Source: Saprolegnia diclina VS20 (lineage: Eukaryota). Taken from it: a stretch of 44,607 nt of DNA. This document shows, one piece after another, positions 22,001 through 31,634 of this stretch. A model generated the notes under the pieces. That model was not told where the DNA came from. It made no database searches and saw only the letters and a list, made by a program, of their open reading frames with translations. Position numbers and translations under genes: made by a program. The stretch's first letter is position 1, and each line of letters begins with the position of its first letter. The DNA is taken from assembly GCF_000281045.1 (NCBI RefSeq), contig NW_008246099.1:430372-474978 (forward strand), given 5' to 3'.

Positions 22001-23932
22001 AAGAAGGCCTGGTCTGCTAGCGAGAGGTTTTGGTTGGCCATGTAGCAGAGCGCAAAGTACGGCTGGATGTCCGAGAAGACGTACTGGAACGTCGTGCCGT
22101 TCTTGCACGAGTACACCGCGTCCTGCATGTTGGTGGTGCTCTCGGCCTCGTAGACCTTGCGGATCGTGTCTTGGTGGACGTTCGCAGCGCCAAACTGGAA
22201 TGCGTAGTAGCACGCGTTGAGGCACAGAAAGAGCACAAAGAGTGTAAACTTGGGCAGCTTCCGGACAGGCGGCGAGAGCACCGAGGCCCAGTGGCAGCAG
22301 ACGCTCAGAAGCATCGTGAACGCGAGCGACGTGACGCCGCACTTGATCGTAAAGTAGTTTTCCATGTGCTTCATGTCTCCCGCGATCCACAGCACGTTGT
22401 TGACGAGCCCGAGAAGGAGACCGGTGACGGCTGTGATCGCCGTGATGTCGCTAAAGATCGCAATCGGGTGGAACGACCAGTGCATGATGCCAAGCCCGTG
22501 CTTGAAGAGCATAAGGAAGCAGAACGTGAGGCTCAGCACGAGCAGCACCAGCGAGATCCAGTTGTAGGGGCTCGAAGGCAGCGACGTCTGGAGGTCCTTC
22601 ATAATTGTCGTCACGACCACGCCTTGGGCCAGCATCGAGTCGCCAGCGGAAGCCGTGATGTTGATGGACGTGAACCGCGCTTGGTACAGCGACTCTGGGT
22701 TGCGCACGTTGTGCACATCGATGAGCACGGACGCGTTCGGCGCGATGTCCTCGGGCAGGGTCACGGTCCAGACTCTCGGGTCGGGCTTGTAGGTCGCCAC
22801 TAACGGCCGCGTCTTGTAAAAGAAAGAACTATCGCCCACCGTGTAGCCGCTGTTGAAAAAGTCGAGCTTGAGCTGCGTCTGCTTCGGCAGCAAGACGTCC
22901 GAGAGAAAGATGAGCGTCGCGTTCGACACAGCTTGCGAGAGGATGTTAGCCGTGAAGAACGCAGGCTGCGAGATGCGGCCCGCGTTCACGCTGCGCACGT
23001 AGCCGGCGCTAATGTACACGCGGTACTCTTCGTTCGGTAGCTTGGCGGTAAAGTAGATGGGAAAGTGCTCTGGCGGCAGCACGCTCTTGGGCGTCGAGAC
23101 GTTGGTCAAGACCATGCGAAAGCGGGCGGCGCTCAAGGCAGCGACCGACTTCAAGTTCAGGCCAATGTACGAGTGGTCGCCCCACTGCATCGTTCGACAA
23201 AGACCGCTGACAGGGTTGGCGTTGACCGTCTTGGAGTCTTGGATTGTGCACCCACCCGATGTCGCGCTCCACGCCCACCCTGTCGGGATGCGCACAAAGA
23301 TCTCGAGGATTGACGTGCCCGTGGGCTCGCCGTTTGATATGAGCACGCGGCTGTAGTCGTTCGGGTCGAATGTCATCTCGACGACCGCGTTGGTTTGGCC
23401 CGGCATGTTGTTCTCGGTCGCGTCCCACGTGTAGTCTGTCACGTAGCCTACGCAAGCGCTTGGGGGCGGCGTGAGGTGATCGCAGGCGTACCGTTGTTGC
23501 AGCACGGCTTCGTGCACTGCCATGGGAAGTTCTGGCTGGTATCGTTTGGAAGAAAGGCGACGCTGCAGAGGTCTTCGTCGAGACGACAGCCAGGGTACTT
23601 CAGGCATGGTTTCCACGGCTTGCGGTTCTTCTTGTACTCGTCTGCATCAAACCGGCCTGTACATCGTCATCATAAGCCCATGAACCCCATACGTATATGC
23701 ACGCACCGTTGACGCAGCAGGGCAAGGCCACGCAGGCACCGCCAATGACACTGTTTTGCGGGCCGGGCTCGCAGCAGAGCGGCGGCTGGGTGTTGGTGCT
23801 GTTGTTGATGCAGCACGGCTCGCACGTATACGGTTCTTGCGCCACGTTCGCGTCGGCGATGACGACGAGCGCAACGAGCAGCACGAGGTATGTACTCCGG
23901 CGGGCCCACAGGGAGCGCCGAGTTGTCGCCAT
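19057..23932 (-). CDS. GPCR-INPP-type fusion: signal peptide, Cys-rich and beta-rich ectodomain, 7TM, inositol polyphosphate 4-phosphatase
   Basis: INPP4 catalytic CX5R motif VCKSAKDRTGMSVTLEQ plus INPP4-typical FLPINLHVQ, ESLLSTHGTE, GINEKQTLA and MRSRGVRIENALKNTG. Seven hydrophobic segments at about 22565-21690. Introns 23657-23706, 23448-23491 and 19260-19304. Confidence 0.88.
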
Positions 23933-24311
23933 CGAGGAGGGGAAGTCGCTTCTTCGAATGTCCTGGCGACCTGCGATCCGGTTACCGCGATTACTTACTG
24001 TTTGTATGAAATTTCAGTCGGGAGCCAGTTCGGTCGACCGTCTTTGTGTCCCGCAGCCATTGCTCACACTGCGTCGACCGGCACCAAGGCCAAGCGAATG
24101 CAGTACCGGGTAATGCCATCGACTGTGCCAGTCGGTCGACATTGCAGCGAGCATGCAGTGTATTCAAGACATTATCGCTTGGAGCGGCAAAGTAGCTCAT
24201 TGCATCTCCGTGTACATACGCAGTCGCAAGCACAGCAGATGGGCCTTGCGACCGATACCCGACCATTATCCGGTGTACGTCCGGTTGACCGCATTCGGCT
24301 TTGTTCTGGGC

Positions 24312-25520
24312 ATGATGGAGGTTGCGCTCGCGACCGCCGTCGCCAAACGCGACGCGGATGGCAGCCGGCGCCACCTGCAGGTGCTCTCGGATGACAACGT
24401 AGACTTTTGCTCCAACGATTATCTTGGCTTTGCTCGCAGCCGCGAGCTCGCCGATGCGATCGCGTCGGCGCCGCACGGCCATGGGTCCACTGGCTCACGC
24501 CTCGTGACCGGAACGTCCCAGCTGCATTTGGATGTCGAAGCCGAGCTTGCTGCCTTCTACGGGTATCCGTCCGCCCTTGTCTTCAACAGCGGATACCTCG
24601 CCAACTTGAGCGTGCTCTCAGCAGTACCACAGCCTGGTGATTTCGTCCTGTACGATGAGCTTGTGCACAACTCGTGCCGCGAAGGCCTCCGCCTCGGCCG
24701 TGCTACGTCGGCCGCCTTTCGTCACAACGACATCGAAGATCTTCGGGCGCGCCTCGCGTCGGCGCCGGCGACAGGCAACCGTGTTGTTGTCGTCGAGTCT
24801 GTCTATTCGATGGACGGCCACATTGCGCCACTCGTCGCCATGGTACATGCGCTCGTTTTCACACGACATCCTTATCTAACATGATGGTAGGTACGACTGT
24901 GCCGTGAGTTTAATGCGGCGCTCATCGTGGACGAAGCGCACGGTGTTGCTGTCGACGGACCGCAGGGCGCCGGCGTCGTCCGGGCGCTCGGCCTCGAGAA
25001 AGACGTGTTTTGCACCGTGTACACCTTTGGAAAAGGCATGGGCATCCACGGCGCTGTTGTTTGCGGCCCGCTTGTGCTAAAAGAGTACCTTGTCAACTAT
25101 GCGCGGCCGTTCGTGTACAGCACGTCGCTGCCGGCGTCCGATATGGTCACGATCCGCGCCGCGCATGCCTATTGCGCCAGTGCTGCTGGCGACAGCGCGC
25201 GCCGTCAGCTGCAGTCGCGCGTCCGTCGTTTTCGAAGCCGCGTGCGCGAGAATGCGGTGGCAATTCCGCCCGCGAGCTTGCTCCACAGCTCTACTGCAAT
25301 CCAGGGCGTCGTGTGCCCAGGCAACGCGCGCGTGCTCGCGGCCGCCGCCCATCTCCGAACGCAAGGCTTCAACGTCGTCGCGATCCGCGCCCCTACTGTG
25401 CCCGTGCACAGCGAGCGCTTGCGCATCATATTGCATGCGTACAACACGGATGCCGAGATCGACGCTCTTGTCCAACACCTGGCGGCGTTCTTTCTCAAGC
25501 ACCCGGCATCAAGGCTGTAG
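24312..25520 (+). CDS. bioF: 8-amino-7-oxononanoate (KAPA) synthase, 1 intron (24843-24890)
   Basis: DFCSNDYLG, GSTGSRL, FNSGYLAN, DELVHNS, FRHND, VESVYSMDG, DEAHG, TFGK (PLP lysine), IRAPTVP and RLRIILHA; C-terminus -SRL. Confidence 0.93.
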
Positions 25521-25978
25521 TCGCTAGCAGTTGTGTACGTAACAGAGAAGAACAAACTTGGTGCTATACTGTCGCCCACAATGGTATCGCTTACGCTGAG
25601 CCACCGAGGCAAGAGCAGTCTTGCTGCATGCACCTTTAGAATATAAAACCAAAGAAGTACGGGGCACTAGTCCTTGAGGCAGCGCGGTGCCTCCACATGA
25701 AACGCCTCGTCGGGCCGCATGCGAGCCTTGCTGTCCCCAAAGAGCTCGCGCTCTTTCGCATCGTAGACATGGTTGAAGAGCTTAATGACCCCGAGAAGGG
25801 CGACGGCGCCGATGACAACTACAGAGATGGATCCGCGGCAGCCGATATACGCAACTCGTACCGATATGTGCGAGCAGCAAGAAGCTGCCGATCGGGTTCT
25901 CAGCCAGCATACTGGTATTGGTCTGTCTGGATCTTGGACCGAAAAACATGGAACTTAATTCGATCTTGAAAAGGCATA

Positions 25979-27418
25979 TTAACGGGCGGCGATCTCCTGA
26001 AGGCGAGAGAGGAGCCGCGAGCGTTCGGCGCTCTGCGCTTGGAGCTCAACGACGTCAGCCGTCGTCGGCAGGCAACGCAACACTGCAGCGCTCTTGGCCT
26101 CGAGCGCTTCTAGTTGTGCAATGACGCCGAAGATGCCAATGTCCCCGCTCTCCGAGTCGGACTCGTATACGCAGCTCATGGCGCGGGAGGCGCGCCGCGT
26201 GCGAATCGCTGTTTGAGAACCGCCGTACGGCAGAAGCTCGACCATTTCTTCAATTGCTGCGCACGTTGGGCGCGCTTTGGCGTCGCCCTGGACGAGCTGC
26301 AAGACGAGATCCCGCGCTGTCATGTGCATCGTGGGCGGCAGGATGCCATCGCGCGCCTGCATGAGCGTCACGTACTTCTCCATTTGCGTTTCAAATACGC
26401 AAAACAGCTCGCAGAGCACGAGACCGAGGCTGTAGAGGTCGGTGGACGCATCGCAGACGACGTCGCCGCGAATCTGCTCCGGACTTGCATAGAGCGGCGT
26501 GCCCACGCCGGTATCTTGGGCCAAAGTCGCCGACTCGCGCGTCGCCAGGCCGAAATCGCCAATCTTGACACACGCGCCTTCGGTGAGGAAGACGTTGGCG
26601 GGCTTGATATCGCGGTGCACGAGGCCTTGGCTGTGAATATACTTAAGACCAGCAACTAGCTGGTTGAAGATTGCAAAGTTGGCTTGCACGTCGATCGACT
26701 TGCGCTCCTGTAGCCAGTGCTGCAGCGAGTTGCCCTTGTACAGTGCCATTTGAATGTACACGTCCATTTGGAGTGTGACCGACTGGCGACGCGGCAGTCG
26801 TGGCGGCGACACATCGTCTTCGCTTGCCGTGGACGACGTAGTGCGCTCAAACTCGACTCGGTCCAGGGACGCGTTTATTTCGTCCTCGTCGTCGGCCCAG
26901 CTCAAGAACGAGCTGTCGTCGTCGCATTCCGACTCCTGCGCCGACGGGCGCGTGTGCGCTGACGAAGCAGTGACGACCGTGCCAAGGATCCAAGTGTTGT
27001 AGTAGCGACACACGTTTTCATGGTCAAGACTCGCAAGCAAGTGGACCTCCCGCAGGATTTTCTCCTTGATTTCAGTCGGCTGAAAGATGGAGCGGGGCGT
27101 GAATTTGAATTGCTGGATCTTGATCGCATACGCCCGGCCGTCGACCTTGGACTTGCATTTGTATACTTTTCCAAATCCTCCTTGAGCGACAAGCTCGTGC
27201 TCGGTGAAGTCTGTTTCGAACGGATTCTGCCGCCCGAATTCGCCGAGGCGTGCGACCTTGGCGTCAGAGCCACCAAAGAGGTTGCTCTTGGCGATGACCT
27301 TGTTAGCTGGTGACGAAACGCATCGGCTGAGAGCGACGCGGCTGAGACTTGTCTGGGTCTGAAGTGGCGCAACGCTCGCAGGCCGTGTCAAGCTGCCTAC
27401 TTTGCCGGGCTTGTCCAT
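25979..27418 (-). CDS. eIF2-alpha kinase (PEK family) with acidic/Ser-rich kinase insert
   Basis: GGFGKVYKCKSKVDGRAYAIK, LREVHLLASLDHENVCRYYNTW, insert, VYIQM, HRDIKPANVF, KIGDFGLA and GVGTPLYASPEQ. Confidence 0.9.
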   Translation of the reverse strand: MDKPGKVGSLTRPASVAPLQTQTSLSRVALSRCVSSPANKVIAKSNLFGGSDAKVARLGEFGRQNPFETDFTEHELVAQGGFGKVYKCKSKVDGRAYAIKIQQFKFTPRSIFQPTEIKEKILREVHLLASLDHENVCRYYNTWILGTVVTASSAHTRPSAQESECDDDSSFLSWADDEDEINASLDRVEFERTTSSTASEDDVSPPRLPRRQSVTLQMDVYIQMALYKGNSLQHWLQERKSIDVQANFAIFNQLVAGLKYIHSQGLVHRDIKPANVFLTEGACVKIGDFGLATRESATLAQDTGVGTPLYASPEQIRGDVVCDASTDLYSLGLVLCELFCVFETQMEKYVTLMQARDGILPPTMHMTARDLVLQLVQGDAKARPTCAAIEEMVELLPYGGSQTAIRTRRASRAMSCVYESDSESGDIGIFGVIAQLEALEAKSAAVLRCLPTTADVVELQAQSAERSRLLSRLQEIAAR

Positions 27419-27674
27419 CGAGACTCGGTAAAAACGAAATGCCTTCGCAGAGCGAGCACCGTTTCCAATTCAGCTTTCGCGAGACAAAAATATCCTTATC
27501 GCCTACCTTTTAAACCTTTGACATATTATTTTGTTCTCCGCTATTGGCCAGTTACTGGACGCCTTAGAAAAACAAAAAGATACTAAACGTAGCCATTTCT
27601 CTTGAGCTACAGCTCAAAAAGTATCACGGTATCACTTGCTCGCCGTCTGTTTTATCGGTTATTTTTAGCTTGCG

Positions 27675-28826
27675 ATGAAGTCGAAAGCGGGATTCGGGGC
27701 GGCAAAGCCGCTGCCAGGACAGCAAGGCTACAAGGCGAAGGAGTCCCAACGCCTAGAAGCCGATGCGCAGCGCATGGAGGAAGACCTTCTTCGCGTGCGC
27801 GAGCGCATGGCGCTTGAGGTGCAGCAACGAGAAAAAGGCAAGGCCAAGATGAAGGACGGTAATCGCTGGCGCAGCGCGCGAGAAGACCGCGGAAGCGTGC
27901 GAAAGTATGCACAAGACGTCCGTGATCGACCAGTTGGCGAGAAGCGCAAGACGAAGAGCCACGCCCCACCGCCGGGCCCTCGGCTAGACGAGTGGACCGT
28001 CGCCCAAGTTCTCGAGTGGCTTAGCTGCGTCGGCCTCGGCCACCATACGTCAACGTTCGAATTCAACGAGGTGTCAGGCTCGGTGCTCATGGAGATCACA
28101 CCATCCGACTTGGACTACCTGCAAATCACCGACGCGACGGAGCGCAAGGCGATCTTTCACCAAATCGAACAACTGCGACGCACCTCGGGGCCACTGCCTG
28201 TGGTCAAGGTGCCACTACCCGCAAATGTCGTGGACGATAAGCTTCACGACGCCAAGTTTCTTCCACTCGCCGCCGCCAAGAAAACGAGACACTGGTCGCA
28301 GTTGGCGCCCATCGCTGACAACCCAGTCGTGGGGGCGCCAGGGGCACCAGTCAACCTGGCCGACGGTGACTTCAACGAAGCTGACAGTCACGATTCATTT
28401 TTGAAAGCGCTCCTGGAATGGCGCACCACGGATGCACAGCCTGAGCATGATGACAATGGGTTCTGGTCCAACCCACTTGGACACGACACTGGGGGTGGTG
28501 CGCTTCTCAGCGGCCAGTTTGATGAAGAGCAGAGTCACGCAGCTTTTCTTGATGCGTTAGCTGCGTGGCGCCGCAAGCCCACGGACAACTACAGCCGTGG
28601 CCAAGCTCCCAAGGAAACGACGCAAAGCAGCACGGCGGGTAGTCCCATCGAACCCAAGCGAAGCTGCTGGCAGTGCTACGGTCTCTTCAAAACGTCGCAA
28701 GTGGTCCTGGACGCGTCGTCGCGCAAGGAGTTTTGTTCTGACCAATGCAGAGACCGGTTCCGAGTCGAGTACGCACGGTTCTATGCGCCTTCTTCGCTCA
28801 CCGGCAGCGATTCGCACCGTCAATAA
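27675..28826 (+). CDS. SAM-domain protein with ZBBX-like motifs and C-terminal C4 zinc finger
   Basis: SAM domain WTVAQVLEWLSCVGLGHHTSTFEFNEVSGSVLMEIT...; two F(N/D)ExxSHxxFLxALxxWR motifs; CWQC...FCSDQC. Confidence 0.75.
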   Translation: MKSKAGFGAAKPLPGQQGYKAKESQRLEADAQRMEEDLLRVRERMALEVQQREKGKAKMKDGNRWRSAREDRGSVRKYAQDVRDRPVGEKRKTKSHAPPPGPRLDEWTVAQVLEWLSCVGLGHHTSTFEFNEVSGSVLMEITPSDLDYLQITDATERKAIFHQIEQLRRTSGPLPVVKVPLPANVVDDKLHDAKFLPLAAAKKTRHWSQLAPIADNPVVGAPGAPVNLADGDFNEADSHDSFLKALLEWRTTDAQPEHDDNGFWSNPLGHDTGGGALLSGQFDEEQSHAAFLDALAAWRRKPTDNYSRGQAPKETTQSSTAGSPIEPKRSCWQCYGLFKTSQVVLDASSRKEFCSDQCRDRFRVEYARFYAPSSLTGSDSHRQ

Positions 28827-28939
28827 ATTCGTCATGTTCCTCGCCCGTGCTGCTGAAGTGCGACAGTAGTAAGGCAGTATTAAAAGTCTAAGCTGCGTGT
28901 AATAGAATAGGGAGCAATTTTTCGTGTGTGATTTTCGTC

Positions 28940-31122
28940 TCATCGAGTGGCGTCCAGAGCAGCCGCCTCCCGCTTCTTCTTACTTAGCGTCGTGAGTGTT
29001 GTAGAGATTTGCTTGACAGTGTCGCGGTCCATTACGCCATCGTGAGTGGTGTTGTCGCCGGCGGAATCTAGCATCCGGGCTGGACAACGAGTTGCTTTGG
29101 ACGGCACTCTACCTTCGAAATCGCGAAGCATGTGTGGTGTTGCGGCACCTCGATGGTGGCGTCGAACGACGGGTGACGCCTCGGCCGAGTGTTGGGGGAA
29201 ATACCATTCTTCCTTGGGTTTCACGCGAACGTTGTGGGGTGATGTGATCTCATTTGGCTTGGTCCACGATGCCTACCGGAGTGAGGTCACGTATTGAGAC
29301 GATGCGTACCAGTGTGGCTGCCTTGAGTGATGATGAGGATGCCTCAGCGGTTAGCTACAGCATAGTAGAAAAAGTCAGGCGCATTGTGGCCGTCGCGAAT
29401 CAGACCCCTTCCTTGCTGGACGCACTGCTGCTGTCGTTGAGAAAGCGACTGAGCTCCACTTCGACACGCTCCAAGGCTATCTCGATTGCCTTGACGCTTT
29501 CAACGTTGACAGTCTCGGACGTCACTTGACTGACGATTTGCTGAATTCCAGCTTTTACGGGGTTCACAATTTGCTGAATGAACTCGTATTGATCTCGCGC
29601 CTTGTGCAAGAGCCGCTCTTGCTTTTGTAGGGCCACAAGTACGTCGTTGTCATCTTCAATAATGAGGCGCCGGGTGGTACGGCCCCGGTTGCCTTGAAGC
29701 TCAATTCGCAGCGCGTCCTGCCACAAGTGAGGCGACGACGTTTCTCGAATAAAATCGTACGATGCGACGCTTGACACTCGCCAAGTGCTCGGTTTGGGTT
29801 GCCTGTCGCTCTTGAAGCTCGTCCCGGAGCTGCTCGTGCGCTTTGCACATCATGACTATCTCATTTGGGTCCACACGGTCGCCGTGCAGGCCAATGCGGC
29901 GAAAAGCTTCTTCACAACTACAAGCACGCAACTTAAGTGCCATCATTGAAGAAAAGTGTTGGACCGCTTGTCTTCGAGGCGAGAGACCTCGAGCGCCTTC
30001 ACCACCATGTGCAGGCTCCACCGCTTGCCTAAATACGCTCGCACACCACGCAAGGTGCCACTCATTTGCTCACTCATAGTCTTGTCAACGCCACAATTGA
30101 TGATTGCGGAGCTGCGTCGGCCGCCCACGATGTCGGGAATCGAGTCGATCTACAGCGCTGTTTTGAAGAGCGAGTGCGAGGGGCAACGCTACCTGTCGCT
30201 CGTAAAATGCCTGAAACTTGGCCTTCTCGCGCAGCCATCGCTCGCGATATGAGAGCTCCGTCTCGAAGAGGCGGACTTCGCGCGCGATTGTGGCTTTAAG
30301 CTCGGCGAGGCGTGACTGCGCACTATTGAGCGCCTCGCTTGCGACAATTTCGAGCCGATGCAGCTCTTGTATTCGATGCGACTTTTCGCAGAGGTCGTGG
30401 GTGAGTTGGTGCTGCACCGTAATGAGAGCAGTCTTCTCCATCTAAGTGCACAACTCGTCGACTGTATCCCACTGGCAGTTGCTGAATACTTCGTGGCGCC
30501 GCTTGATATGCTCGTAGGACAAGATTTTGCGCACGACAGCATAAATTTCGGTCGTCTTGAGCGCCAGCTTCTCCTCCAGATGCCGAATTTTCTACAACGA
30601 TGAGGTCTCGACGCGCTCGGTTCGCACAGGACGTACCGAGTTTTTCGCGTAGAAGGGCCGGCGCGAGTACGACGCGATCGTTTGTAGTCGAGCTACGTCA
30701 TCGAGGGTCGACTCTGTGATGCCAAGCGCCGCACACTCCCGTCGTAGGTCCAGCAGCGCCATTTGCGCTCTCGCCACGTCGTCCGACTTTTTCGCAAAGG
30801 AAAATTGGAGTTTGTCGGCCTCCGAACGCTTCGTGTCGACGACCTTGCGCACAGCAGACTCGAAATCTTTTATGAGGTCTGCGGAGGACGCTGCCTTGGC
30901 GTGAGGTTGGCGCGCACCCTTTTGAACCATCTTAGCTGCTCGGGGCGGGGGAAGTGCCAGCGCACGGTACGGTGCCACCGGCACTGGTTCCGCGACCGGC
31001 GTGCGAGGGTGCGTTGCTGACGACGGTCGGGTCCCTTTGGACGTTGGCGGTGCTAGCGCCCTGGCTTCAAGCACAACGCCTACGACTGTCGCGCGGTGCT
31101 TGGGCTGCCGCTCATCGCTCAT
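28940..31122 (-). CDS. Long coiled-coil hypothetical protein, multi-exon
   Basis: Chain of minus-strand ORF pieces (30592-31122, 30085-30441, 29701-30021, 29400-29777, 28940-29224) with heptad-rich sequence, separated by short GT-AG introns. Confidence 0.6.
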
Positions 31123-31634
31123 CTAGCCGCCCTTCTGCACGGCACGTGCCGGTTACGCGTAACAACAAACGACTGACGAGGAACGAACGGCCAATGGGGA
31201 AACAACCGACGTTTATATTCAACGCAATTCTTGTGCAAACATTAATGAAATCCTGAATGCTGTAGACATTTGGTCGATCTGGACATGCTTTGAGTGATGC
31301 CCTCTGTCGCCCGAAGAATTGGACAAAATGGCCTTAATATAATGCGTTGCTCGGCTTTCGAAAAGACCGACGGAACCACCTTTCTCTTTATGGCCTTGAT
31401 TGCCCGTGACCAGCCAAAACTCAAGGGTAGCCAGCTCAGCGCTGTTTGCGATCGTTAATCCAGGCAGAGAGAACACACCGTGGAGCTTCCTGTGACTCTT
31501 GAACCTGTCTATCTTGAGTTTCCCCACAATTTTATGGAGTAGCCGTCGTATTTATCCCACGACAGAACGAGTACGAGATTGATTTGACTTGAATGTTAAT
31601 TGATATGCATTGGGCGTGGGATTGTCGAATGTGC

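Noticed and set aside
23492..23616. ORF-track N-terminus METMPEVPWLSS... of the 1519-aa ORF
   Set aside because: It reads exon 2 in the wrong frame and runs through an intron. The spliced model gives a signal peptide and a coherent Cys-rich domain.
24098..24311. Possible extra 5' exons of bioF
   Set aside because: The candidate GT-AG joins I tried did not land in the BioF frame, and the enzyme is full-length from ATG 24312/24315.
31455..31510. Superficial resemblance to a TPP riboswitch (GAGA...GAACCTG)
   Set aside because: Lacks the conserved CUGAGA and CCUGAU...GCGUAGGGA cores, and there is no thiamine gene nearby.
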